From positions 53,382,001 to 53,446,000 of the forward strand of contig CM060733.1 in assembly GCA_030704615.1 (NCBI GenBank): a stretch of 64,000 nucleotides of DNA, in the 5' to 3' direction. Source of the stretch: Takakia lepidozioides (Eukaryota > Plantae > Bryophyta). The notes under the pieces are model-generated. The model was not told where the DNA came from, did not search any database, and saw nothing but the letters and a program-made list of their open reading frames with translations. A program made the translations under genes and the position numbers. Below, piece after piece: positions 13,269 to 24,900 of the stretch (positions are counted from its first letter, which is position 1; each line of letters begins with the position of its first letter).

Positions 13269-15941
13269 TCACCAGTAATCCCCACAAGAACAAACCCCAT
13301 CTTCAAAGTGGTGAAAGCGGTTTGCGTCCCTTACAACAATTGCTCGGCCAACTATCTTTGAGATGAATTTGGTGGAGGTGTGGCAGTCACCACACACCCG
13401 AAGATTCTTGATGAGACGGAGAGGCGTCCGAGGGGTCGTGCTGATCAGCCCAAAACCAATGGCCAGCTTCTCGCTGTGGTGGCAAAGAGAAAATTCTTTT
13501 TGCACCTCCCCCACATCATGCAATACAAAGCGTGTGTCAGGCACATAGCCCGCCTCCTTCATCTGCCCAGACAATCTTCTCAGCTCAGCATGGATTTCCT
13601 GAATTTTGGGATGCAATTTGTCATCTACAACAAAGGTGTGCACCCTGCTGCCAACCTCGATGCAGCAGCGACCTGGTTCCCCTCTAACCCCTCTGACCTT
13701 CATCATTTTTCTAACCTTTGCACTATCATCCCACCTGCCAGCTGCGGCATAGATGTTTGATAGCAACACATAAGTCGAGGCATCCTGTTCATCCCACTTG
13801 AGAATAGATGTTGCCGCACGTTCAGCCATCTCCACATTGCCATGGATTCTGCAGGCACCGAGCAAGGCCTTCCAAACCAGAGCATTTGGTTTCATTGGCA
13901 TTTTGTTAATGAGGTCCTCTGCCTCATCCAATCGCCCCGCACGTCCAAGAAGGTCCACCATGCAGCCAAAGTGCTTTACTGTCGGAGAGACACCATGATC
14001 TTGACTCAGGGAATCAAAGTAGCGTCTTCCTTCATCCAGTAGGCCAGTGTGGCTGCATGCAGAGAGAAGACATATAAAGGTGATATTATCCGGCTTCAAG
14101 CCTTTCTTTTGCATTCCTTCAAATAGTTGCAGGGCCTCCCTATGACAACCATGCTGGGCATATCCTGCGATCATCGCGCTCCACGACACCACATCTCGGT
14201 CCGCCATATTGTCAAACACTCCCTTTGCATCCTCCATGCTCCCACATTTGGCATACATGTCCACCAGGGCAGTGTTCAGAATGACATTTGGTACAATTCC
14301 AGCTCTGACGATGTCACCATGGACCTCTTTGCCCTTTTCGAGAGCTGCCAAGCTCGCACACGCATTGCAAATGCTAACAAACGTGATGCGGTCGGGCTTC
14401 ACCCCTTCCCGCATCATTTGCTCATAGGTGTCCAAGGACTCCATCCCGCGCCCCTGCTGTGCATATCCTGCGATCATCGCATTCCACGACACCACATTTT
14501 GTTCAGCCATACTGTCGAACACTCCCTTTGCATCTTCAATGTTCCCACATTTGGCATACATGTCCACCAGGGCAGTGTTCAGAATGACATCTGGTACAAT
14601 TCCAGCTTTGACAATCTCACCATGGACCTCTTTGCCCTTTTCCGGGGCTGCCAGGCTTGCACATGCATTGCAAATGCTAACAAACGTGACGTGGTTGGGC
14701 TTCACCCCTTTCCGCATCATTTGCTCATAGGTCTCCAAAGCCTCCATCCCGCACCCCTGCTGTGCATATCCTGCAATCATCGCGTTCCACGACACCACAT
14801 TTCGTTCAGCCATACTGTTGAACACTCGCTTTGCATCTTCAATACTCCCACATTTGGCATACATATCCAGCAAGGCAGTGTTCAGAATGACTTCTGGTAC
14901 AATTCCAGCTTTGACAATGTCACCATGAACCTCTTTGCCCTTTCCCAAGGCTGCTAGGCTCGCACACGCATTGCAAACGCAAACAAACGTGATGCGGTCA
15001 GGCTTCACCCCTTCCTCCATCATTTGCTTATAGGTCTCCAAAGCCTCCATCCCTCGCCCCTGCTGTGCATATCCTGCGATCATCGCGTTCCACGACACCA
15101 CATCACGTTCAGCCATAGCGTCGAACACTCCCTTTGCATCTTCAATGCACCCACATTTGGAATACATGTCCACGAGGGCAGTGTTCAGAACGACATCTGG
15201 TACAATTCCAGCTTTGACAATGTCCCCATGGACCTCTTTGCCCTTTTCGAGAGCTGCCAAGCTCGCACACGCATTGCAAACGGAAACAAACGTGATGCGG
15301 TCGGGCTTCACCCCTTCCCGCATCATTTGCTCATATGTCTCCAAAGCATTCGTACCACACCCATGCTTGGTAAATCCTGCCAACATTATATTCCACGTGA
15401 ACAAAGATCGTTGGGGCATTCTGCTGAACACTTGGTGAGCATCCATGATGCTCCCGCACTTAACATACATGCTGATAAGGGTGTTGTGTAGAAAAACCTT
15501 TGGCTTGAATCCACTTTGGATAATGTGAGCGTGCACCTCCTTTCCAGCCTCCAGGCCTTTCATCTTGATGCATTTATGCAAGAGACAGACATACATATCT
15601 GAATCTGCTGAAAGACCTCTTCCTTGGTTTAAAGTCTGTAGAGCCTCTGTCAGTCTGCCTGCCTCACAAAGCATCTTCACATGCCCAGAAGTCCCAGAAG
15701 AGGTATTGTGGACTCCCTCTCTTGGTCCTCTTTCAGAAGCTGTGGTCATGGCCGAGGTGCCTGATTTTATCAGCTGTGCCACTGCTTCCAGTTGACCATC
15801 CACCCATGCAGGTTTCTTGTAGCTATTGATCCACAGGCAATCATAGGTAATCTTGTGCTTGAAATCCGGCCCTCTTGGATGAATCTGGACCCCACATTCT
15901 ATCCTTGCTACTTCAGCTATCCGTGCCACTGCACAAATCAT
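13269..15941 (-). CDS. PLS-class pentatricopeptide repeat protein with E1-E2-DYW deaminase domain (organellar C-to-U RNA editing factor); true start may lie in upstream exons to ~17.0-17.5 kb
   Basis: 890-aa ORF with P-L-S triplets, P2-L2-S2, E motifs, PG box, HSEKLA, CGDCH and terminal CSCGDYW. Confidence 0.96.
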   Translation of the reverse strand: MICAVARIAEVARIECGVQIHPRGPDFKHKITYDCLWINSYKKPAWVDGQLEAVAQLIKSGTSAMTTASERGPREGVHNTSSGTSGHVKMLCEAGRLTEALQTLNQGRGLSADSDMYVCLLHKCIKMKGLEAGKEVHAHIIQSGFKPKVFLHNTLISMYVKCGSIMDAHQVFSRMPQRSLFTWNIMLAGFTKHGCGTNALETYEQMMREGVKPDRITFVSVCNACASLAALEKGKEVHGDIVKAGIVPDVVLNTALVDMYSKCGCIEDAKGVFDAMAERDVVSWNAMIAGYAQQGRGMEALETYKQMMEEGVKPDRITFVCVCNACASLAALGKGKEVHGDIVKAGIVPEVILNTALLDMYAKCGSIEDAKRVFNSMAERNVVSWNAMIAGYAQQGCGMEALETYEQMMRKGVKPNHVTFVSICNACASLAAPEKGKEVHGEIVKAGIVPDVILNTALVDMYAKCGNIEDAKGVFDSMAEQNVVSWNAMIAGYAQQGRGMESLDTYEQMMREGVKPDRITFVSICNACASLAALEKGKEVHGDIVRAGIVPNVILNTALVDMYAKCGSMEDAKGVFDNMADRDVVSWSAMIAGYAQHGCHREALQLFEGMQKKGLKPDNITFICLLSACSHTGLLDEGRRYFDSLSQDHGVSPTVKHFGCMVDLLGRAGRLDEAEDLINKMPMKPNALVWKALLGACRIHGNVEMAERAATSILKWDEQDASTYVLLSNIYAAAGRWDDSAKVRKMMKVRGVRGEPGRCCIEVGSRVHTFVVDDKLHPKIQEIHAELRRLSGQMKEAGYVPDTRFVLHDVGEVQKEFSLCHHSEKLAIGFGLISTTPRTPLRLIKNLRVCGDCHTSTKFISKIVGRAIVVRDANRFHHFEDGVCSCGDYW

Positions 15942-16883
15942 GCATACATTCTCGCCTTGCTGCTAGCAGCTGACAATGACAGCCTAGATTTGTTCAACAA
16001 ACAACAATACCCTACCCTATGTATCACACTAGTTCCTATGCTGAAGTGCATCTGCTTCTCTCTGTAATCTAACAGGAATTCACCTTGTTGCCTCGATTGT
16101 CCCACCATTCACTGGGGTCGGAGAAGTATTCATTCCAAAGCTTCTCCTCATCTCTGTTATCTGTTTTTAGATACTTTCCTGTTGTCACATTGGCTACATG
16201 TCAAAACATTCCAAAACTACCATAGATCCACCCAACGAACTAACTTGCAGGTTTCAACATGAAAAATTAGGGACCACTCCAATAAGAGGGAAAACAGGCT
16301 GAATGTGTTGAAGAAGGTGCCTTCATTAGCAGTGCCTGATTTTATCAACTGTGCTGCTGCCGCTTCCAGTTGACCATCTACCCATGCAGGTCTCTTACAG
16401 GTGTTGATCCACAGGGAATCACAAGTAATCTTGTGCTTGAAATCCGGCCCTCTTGGATGAATCTGGACCCACACTCTATCCCTGATCCTTCAGCTATCCC
16501 TGCCTCTGCACAAATCATGCATATATCCTGACAGCGTAGAGTTCTTCCAGCAAACACCCCAACCCTACTCATCACACTAGTTCCAATTTCGACTTGCGTC
16601 TGCTTCCCTCTCTGTAATCGAACATGCATTCACCTTTTTGCCTCGATTGTCCCACCATTGACTGGGGTCGGAAAAGTATTCATTCCAAAGCTTCTCCTCA
16701 TCTCTGTCATCTGTTTTTGGATACTTTCCTGCTGCCACGTTGGCAGTAACATGTCAAAATCACTCCAAACCACTATAGATCACCCAACGAGCTAACTTAC
16801 AGAATTCAACATGCAAAATCAGGGAGGAGTCTGATGACAGGGCAAATCAGGCTGAAATAGGTTGAACAAGAAGGTGCCCTCAC
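15757..16883. repeat. Tandem duplication (~570-bp units) of the PPR gene 5' exon/intron region
   Basis: 15757-16325 and 16331-16883 are highly similar; both encode QIHPRGPDFKHKIT.D.LWIN..K.PAWVDGQLEA on the - strand. Confidence 0.9.
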
Positions 16884-17659
16884 CACATTGTCCTTGACTT
16901 TGTGTCATGACCCATGGAGGATTCAACCGACCATCAACCCAAAAGGACCTCTTTTGTGTGCTGCTTGTGTCCATAGTCAGGTATTGTCGAATTGGTCTGT
17001 GAGAACCACCACGGTGCAGCTGAGCAGCCATAGATTGAAAAACGACCTCCTAAGACCAAGCTGACCCTCCCAAGTACCTTGTAAACACCGAGGAAAATCC
17101 CAAGTCGTGATACTAGCAGGAAGAGCCAAGAGCCCACATTGGCAGGATGGACAAACTTCTTCACATCGTACATTAAGAAAAAGCCACACCTTGCGATTGC
17201 GGTCGTCCCACCATCGTGAAGGATCTTTGCGAAACTCATTCCAGCTCTGCTCCGTGCTCCAAGGTAAACTTTTGTGCCCGAAAATCCAACAGCATCAACA
17301 TTTTGACAAGTTCCTTTGCAGAGGGGCGCTACCGAGCTTTCAACAACATTCATGCAAGTCGCTGTGAGCTCCATTGGACTCTACACAATGAGGAACGTAC
17401 CAACATGTCCAAACTTACACAGATGCTAAACCAGCTTATGTCTGCTGTCTGGAGATTTTAGAGTGGTCTCTGAATTGAAAGGACCAGGAGCAGCTAAGCA
17501 GCGCCAGGCACCTCGATATGCTCGATTGAGGCCTCTGTCACCTCCAATATAGAGGGATTGGTATGTGAGACAGACGTAGGTTCAGACTTCAAACGTATAT
17601 TTTTTGTAATTTATATTATGGATGTGTTTATATTACTCCCTGTAATAAATTAGTATAGC

Positions 17660-17806
17660 CAAGGGGAGCTCCTCTGGTGGTACCCAAAGAAGATCCGTAT
17701 TTCGCCAGGGAAATTCAGAATGCCCTGGATAGGACCTTATAAGGTACTAACGTTGTTCCCCATCAACTCAGTGGAGCTTGAGACACTCGAGGGGAATTCA
17801 CACAGG
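17660..17806 (+). pseudogene. Ty3/Gypsy integrase C-terminal (GPY/F) fragment
   Basis: Translates as QGELLWWYPKKIRISPGKFRMPWIGPYKVLTLFPINSVELETLEG, parallel to the GPY region of the pol ORF at ~39670-39810. Confidence 0.7.
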
Positions 17807-18359
17807 AAATATACTTGAAACTATTGCAAGAAAACTAATTAGTATAACGTTCATAGTGCCATGAGACATAACCAAAAAGACCAAATAATATAGTAGGGAA
17901 AAGCTCAGATTTTGTGAGTAAAAATTGATATTAACTTGGAAGAACGATGGTCATTTTGGACCTCTATGTACCAAAGACTAAAAAACAAAACAAAACAACA
18001 ACAACAATAATATTTCAGGGCTTTTCCCTGAAAAGGGTTAAACCTTGGTTGGGACACACTGATGGGCAATCTCCCGGCTTCATGGTCTGGCCTCCTTTCT
18101 CACCCTGATTGTATTGTCCTCCCTCACTGGTTGGGTTTTTCCATGAGTTCTCAGCTTCTAGCCATGCATGTTCCTTATCCCAAGGCTTTTTCTTAGGTAC
18201 TTGCTTCAGTGTTTCTTCTGATGGCATCTTGTTTAACCCAAGACCTTACCTTTTACCTGTTGATGTGAAGCACTACTCTATTAGGGTCTTCTGTTACATT
18301 CCAAGGAAAGTTAACCCCTCTCCTCCTGACGAGCTGCAGCACCACAGTGGCTCCTTTAT

Positions 18360-18840
18360 TTGTTCCTATCTGCGCCTGTGAAGCTCCTTCAGTTTGATCC
18401 TGGGGAGTGGTTTTGGATGAACAAGAAGCATGATCACTTCTTTTTCTATTCCGTTAAGATGAATGTAGTATGGGCTGATATGATCTGGAAAACCCATAGA
18501 TCAGCATCCAAGATATCTTCTTTTATCTGGAAACTTGCTAATAGGACCCTTTTTGTGGGTGCTTTTGTTTCAGATCCTCCCTCTCTTTGCGGTGTTTGCA
18601 ATTTGAACTGCATAAAAGACATAGAACATTGTTTTGTTCTTTGCCATTTTGCTGCTGCAGTTTTGTCTTACGCGTTGAAATTCTTTTCCAAGTGGAAACA
18701 CAGGGATACCCCCACTATTTACATTCTTCTGCTCAACGTTAAAGATGGTGCCATCCTCTACTCATGCCCTGTTTGGGAGTCTTTCAGAGGTACTATTCTA
18801 TGGCAGATCTGGAAAATGCGTTGCAATGTAATCATACACT
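18360..18840 (+). pseudogene. L1-type LINE ORF2 C-terminal (zf-RVT) fragment
   Basis: W..IWK...KISSFIWKLANRTL...CGVC....DIEHCFVLC...ILWQIWKMRC motif. Confidence 0.75.
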
Positions 18841-19141
18841 TCATCAAATTTACGTACTGCCACGACCGCTTCCCGCACACCTCCATCCTCGAAAAGCAAC
18901 AGAAATACGTCTCGCTTATCATTGCTATTCGCCGACGAGGGTGGGCCACGGACCCACTCTCCGTCATCTCCGCAGGCACCAGAGGGGGCATACACAATGA
19001 CAGTATCTCAACACTTCAAGACAATTTTAAAATCCCCACCACCTCCATCCATACATGCTTTAAAGACATTCATCTTACGGCACTTCGCTCTCTCACAACC
19101 ATCATAACCAATAAGCGAAAACTCAAATCCACCCCATCTCT

Positions 19142-19203
19142 GGTACCGCAAGGTACCCCTGGGTACCGTCGGGTACCCTAGGTACCCCGAGGTACCTCAT
19201 ACC
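19142..19203. repeat. Array of six GGTACC palindromic units at ~10-bp spacing
   Basis: ggtaccgcaaggtacccctgggtaccgtcgggtaccctaggtaccccgaggtacc; probably a subterminal repeat of a MITE. Confidence 0.7.
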
Positions 19204-20239
19204 CCCGGTCACTTGGTGTTCCCGGACACCTGTCATATTTATATAGGGCCCACCCCCAAGGCGAAGTGGCTCTTAGTTACGACGGCCTTGGTCGGAGTCT
19301 TCTCTCTCTCGCTGCAGTGTAGTATTTCATGATGTTTTGCCCTGTTCACATAAGGCCTTATTCTTGGCTCACTCAGACATGTTGTCTGAAGCTTGAAAAA
19401 CGTGGTTTGTTCTTATGGCAACTCTTCCCAGATGTGGTAGTAGGAGGAGAGCCCAGCTCTTCTCTACATTCGACAGTACTTGGGGGAAAGGGAGGGTATT
19501 CTGCAGGAGAATCTCCGAATCAAGGATTGAATGGGCCGAATCGCTCCCACCCTGCTGGCAAGTCATTCAGTGTTAGGCCCTCGTCGGTGGAGGTTGAGGA
19601 GGGTGAAATTAATTTGGGGGCACAAGCGTTCCCTTAGGAAAGGGAAATCGAAAGCTCAACTTTCCTTTGATGCCCCCAAACGAAAGAGGAATAGCTCGTA
19701 GTGTCAGTTTTAGTTTTTGCTAGTCATGGCAGCTTAGGTTCTGCGCTGGTTCTTCTTATACCATGCAGTAAAGAGAGCGAGAGAGAGAGAATGTACTCAT
19801 AACACTTTAACACTATTTTAATTAATTCTGGACTTTTGGCTTAAATCCGGACTAAACTTAATATATATTTGTATTAAAATTAATTGAAATATTAATAATA
19901 TCATGGCGTAATGTGTGATTGAACTTTGTGAAATTTCAGGTGATGTCATACTTGTTTCAAAATGTGTCATATAAGAGGTCCATTTGACATTGAAGTGCTC
20001 AATGTGAAGTAGCAGTATTGAACAATTCATTGAACGTCCACTTGGAAGTCGAATAAAGTAAAATTTCATTGCAGGATCATGATAAACAAATGGGTCGGAT
20101 CGAACATGGGTCAAACTCGTACTCTACCATACTCGATACAACTTGCTAGTACTTTTATTGATTGAATCTTCATATGAAGCACAATGTTCACATACCACGC
20201 CATTGGAATGAATCATGTTTTGGATCTGACAAGGCAGTA

Positions 20240-21500
20240 AAATATTAGAATAGCATGAAACATTCGGAAGAGGTACTAGGGTAGTACAATAAGGTTTGGG
20301 GTGTAACTAGAGAGAAGTGTAATAAGGTTTGAGTTTACAGTAAGGGTAAGGGTTTAGGGTTTGGATTTAGGGTACAAAAAGACAAACAAATATGATGGAC
20401 TCACACTCGGTAGAATTAAGAAATGGTTGAGGAATTTGATATCCCTGTAATCATTTATCATACCTTATCCAACAAAAGAAAATATTAAAATAGCATGAAA
20501 CATTGAGAAGATGTAACATGGTAGTACAATAAGGTTTGGAGTGTAACTAGGATAATACACTAAAGTTATTGGTTTATGGTAAGATTAATGGTTTAGGGAT
20601 GATGGTAAAGGTAAGGTTTTTGGTTTGGGTTTAAGAACACTATTGGACAAAAAAATATGGAAGACTCACAGTCGCTAGAACTTGGTGTGTGTTAGTAGGA
20701 TAAAAAATAAAATAAAAAATGGAGAAACAAATATTATGGAAGAGTCATTGGGCCGGAGAAGAGATTGAGGATTCGTCCTTGGAACTTGGTATTAAGATAC
20801 ATATGGTTATGGTATGGATACTTCATTCCCATTTGCAGGGGAAGGGTTTAGACGTAACAATGGCGTAGGGTTTTCGACGAGGGTTTAGGGCTTGGGTTGA
20901 AGGCAGAAATGGTGAGCATACATGCCGGAAGACTCGCACTCGCTACAACTTAGTGTGTGTTAGTATGGTACAAAATGGAAATTTGGTTATATTGAAGAGA
21001 TTTGGATAACTAAAATGGTTATGGTTATGGTATGGATAGTTGATTCCCATTTGCAAAGGGAAGGGAAAGGGTTCTGGGGTATTGGGTTAAGGATAAATGT
21101 TTAGGGTTTTCTAGTAAGGGTTTAGGGTAAGGGTTTAGGGTTTTTGTTTAAGTTACAAAATAGACAAACACTTATGGAAAACTCCAAACTTCGCTAGAAC
21201 TTAGTGTTGTTAGTAGGGTACTAGTAAGCAAAAAAAAAATGAAGAACCTAATATTATGGACAAGTATTTAAATGAAAGACTCGTCGTTGGAACCTGGACA
21301 TAGTATTACGATGTAACATAGAAAACAAACTGTAACATGCATAAATGCATGTCAATCCAAAACAAAGGAAAAAGCTAGCGGAAATGTGAAGGGAGAAGAC
21401 ATTTCAATAACCACAATGGTTATGGTTATGGCTATGGTTATGGTATGAATAGTTCATGGGCCATTTGCAGAAAAGGGTAAGGGTTAGGGATAATGCTAAC
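20240..21500 (+). repeat. Mosaic ~240-270 bp subterminal repeats rich in telomere-like (T)TTAGGG and ATGGTT motifs
   Basis: AATAGCATGAAACATT...GTAGTACAATAAGGTTTGG at ~20250 and ~20490; CGCTA.AACTT.GTGT..TTAGTA at ~20673, ~20941 and ~21192; ATGGTTATGGTATG.ATA..T.AT..CCATTTGCA at ~20803, ~21021 and ~21435; GGGTTTAGGG runs at ~20350, 20881 and ~21118-21140. Confidence 0.8.
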
Positions 21501-21965
21501 AAAAAAAACAAGGTACTATAAAAAAGGTATGTCAATCCAAAATCCTAAATTGCCAAAAATAAATAAATAAATGAAAGTACACACTATGAGATTTGGAAAG
21601 AAAATGGCGTTATATAACGACTTTTGGGAAGTGCCTAGATCTCATGGGAGAAAATGGATCTGAAGAAAACATGAAAGAGGATAAAAAGTCATACCACCAA
21701 ATAAAAACTATGAGAAATAAAAATTGCTTAGAATTTGAACAACGGAAAAGGATGTTCTTGTGATCTATATGTTATGTAGGCGAAACTCCCCCACAGGGTA
21801 TTCTTTGTTGACCAGGACGTACAGTAGGCCAGAATCCAACAAACCAGAAACAAAATACGAGAACGTCCACTGGACATTCGAGGTTCAGTGCGACATAGGA
21901 AGATTGCAAAAAAAATCCCCCAACGCAAACAAAAAGGGCCATATAGAGAAGAAAAAATTTATTTC

Positions 21966-24900
21966 TTAAATCGAAGTACTGGAGTTGACCTCAACAATAT
22001 GTCCTTGGTCTGGAACTCGCTCGCACGACTCGCTTTCTAATTGACGATTAGCCTCATCCAAATTAGCGCGCGCCTTCACTGCTTCGGCGGCAGTAATTCT
22101 CTTAGTGCTATTCCTTGTCGTATTTTTCTGTGGAGGCATTGTCCACACAACATTGTTCACGTGGATCCATTGAGGAGGATCTGTCGAGTTATACTCCCAA
22201 AGTTTTGACCAACAGTCCCTGTACCTTTCCAAGTCTGTTGGGTTACCACCTTTTATCGGTCTCCACCACTCCACCTTCACCTTATTAAAATTAGGATCCT
22301 CCCTTTCACGGATCACGTCAGATATTGCCACCCCCATCCAGACCGGGCACGTACTTGGGTCATGAGGGCGAACGAGCACAAAGAACCCTTTCTCAATAGC
22401 CTTGAACGGATTCAGGGATATTCTTGGTCGCTCAAACCTCGGGCCACAGTAAGGTTCTAGGATTTCATCCTCTTCTTCCACATCTGGCACTATATGTGGA
22501 TGGATTCCATCTCTGTGATGATTCTTGGACCAATTTGTTTTCGGCCAGAATCACTCAAGAAGCTGAATACGCTCGGGAGCTTCTGGAATTGGCTTATCCA
22601 GCTCGGCGAGAATGTTTCCCCAGTACTGGTCGTATTGTTCCATTCGACCTCTGTAATGATTGTCAAGCATCATTCATTTCATCCAAAAATCCCTATATTT
22701 TTTTATTCCATTCTTAATGAATGACTGTTTTTTGGAGGAGTCGTCCCCGACTCCCCAGATAGGTCTCCTTGGAACGGTGTCTGGGTCTCCTTCAGGGAGC
22801 TTGGGAGTCCCGTCAGGATTGGACTTCCACATCTTCACGCTATTGTTTATTGGAAGCCAATCCAAATTAGTAGCGGACTTCTTGTACTTCATGACGGGCC
22901 AGCCCTTGGCATCCTTAAAAAAGCGGAAGACGTGCATCTCCGAAATCCCGACCAACGCCTCATTTCCATCCAGAATACAGCCCTTGACAAAATTCTTGAA
23001 GTCGGGAACCTCCTGAATAATCCGTGGAATGAACTGCAGATCTTGCGAGGTCATAAAAGACCTCAGCAAATCCGAAAGAATGTAGGTGCTTCGTTCCTTC
23101 AGCTTCTTCGAAAGGTAGCTGAAGAACCCGTCGATGTCCTCATGGGTGTGTCCGACCATTAGGAACCCTAGTTGGATTTCTTCAAAAACATCTTTGGCGG
23201 TCAGGAGGGATAGAAAAACAAACATCCATCTGTTCTTATTGTCCTTCGCGGAGTTGTCCATTTGCAAGTACAGTCTTCTCGGAAGTGGACGAACACCACG
23301 TTTGTCTTCCTGCCTGCAAGGTTTCAGAGCATCCAAACATCTCGATTTACCTCTTAAAAGTGATTCGAAAAACTCGTTTGAAGTCGGTAATCGAAAATGT
23401 TCCTGGACTCGCGACAGGTTGGCTTCTCTAGCTGGCGCAGGCAACGGGCCAAAGAACCAATTGTAAAGTTTGAATTTCCCTTCCAGAACTCAAGAGAATA
23501 TTGTCCGTAAGCTCCATCACCGTGTCCGTGCGTGACCATTCCCGTTAGTGAAACTGGAAGCTGACCCAATCCTGAAATCATCTTGTTTGGAGTCTGTAGC
23601 CTTGGAACAGCTGTTTTCCTATGATCCATTTTGTCGTGAATAATACAGAGAAACTCCTCCGGAATCATAACAGACTCATTCCTCCAGCTATGGTACAGTC
23701 TTATGCACGACTCTTGGTGCCTCAAACGTTTGTGTGTCACCTGTTCCGCACTTCTCTTGACAGACTTTCTGATCAGGTCCTTTAACATCACACACTCCAT
23801 GCACTTCGCAAATGTACTCCCAGTTTTACGAACCTCCACGTAAGGAAATATCCGACTCCGGATGCGGCTAACAGCCGACTGCGAGACTCCTTCCAACCCG
23901 AATAGTCTGTTGGACTGTTACAATAAGGCAGGGTCAGGAAAGGAACGTCCACTAGACAGTGGAGGTTCATGAAGCTAGAACCACAGTCGAAAGAGACAAA
24001 ATCGAAGGGAGGATCATCCAAATTGAATCAGAAAAGACTTCCAGGAAAGAAATTGAAGAATAGAGATTTCATACCTTGTTGGACTCGTCTCGTATTCGCT
24101 TCTAGTTCATTTCAGGTGGTAAGACTCTCAAAGTATCCCTCCTTCCCTCCCCAATGCATCTTGTTTTATGGGGCATGAGGTCAATATTTCCGTTGATAAT
24201 GGACATAATGTTACCCTCTGCCTAAAGCGTCATTGGGCATGGCCTCTTCACTCCACGGTTCCCATGGAGACTTGACAACCAACCCTGTTTACTCAACTTT
24301 TTGTACTCCATGTATGTGGACCTACCAATTCCATGAATTTCCCACCAAGCAGTCTCACAAACATCCACACCCTCAATCGTAACGTATGCCCTGCAAGAGG
24401 TCCCTTCCAGCATGTGAAGTCGTTTTGAAACATTTTGTCCGTGTTCTCTCCTCTCATCGAAAGTGGATCCCCAAAACGAAGTACGGATAGCCAAGGTTTT
24501 TCGCCAATCGAAATATTGACAGCAGTGAAGTCTGCAGCAAGGTTTGCTGCTCACGGATCGGACTTCCCCCAAAGTAAGATTCTTCATTCTTTTTTTGGAG
24601 TGTTCCAAATCTCGATCCCTCTTCTTCCTCGTAAAATGCCAATACGCCGCTTTCTTCACACTTGCCTCGTGATCTTCGTACAAGATGCTGTCGGAGGATC
24701 TAATAAAATTCTCCACATCATTTGAGAGTAGTCTCCCACTTTCCAAAAATCGTGTTTTTGTTAAAGACCATTTTACAAGAGACATCAAAGATCCAGAACC
24801 TCCAGAAAGTATTCTGGTGACAAGAACTCCAACATCGTCCTCTCCCAGTTTGTCATTGAGGATCACCTCGTCCGGAATGCAGGCTTAAATCCTCCCCTCA

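Noticed and set aside
14127-15491. Long + strand ORFs overlapping the PPR gene
   Set aside because: Antisense shadows of the repetitive PPR coding sequence.
19811-19830. CACTA at 19811 as a confirmed CACTA-superfamily terminus
   Set aside because: No matching right TIR or 3-bp TSD was found and the catalytic core is not TnpD-like. Used only as an approximate boundary.
20340-21140. True interstitial telomere or chromosome fusion site
   Set aside because: Only 1-3 consecutive units at a time, embedded in longer repeats, with no head-to-head junction.
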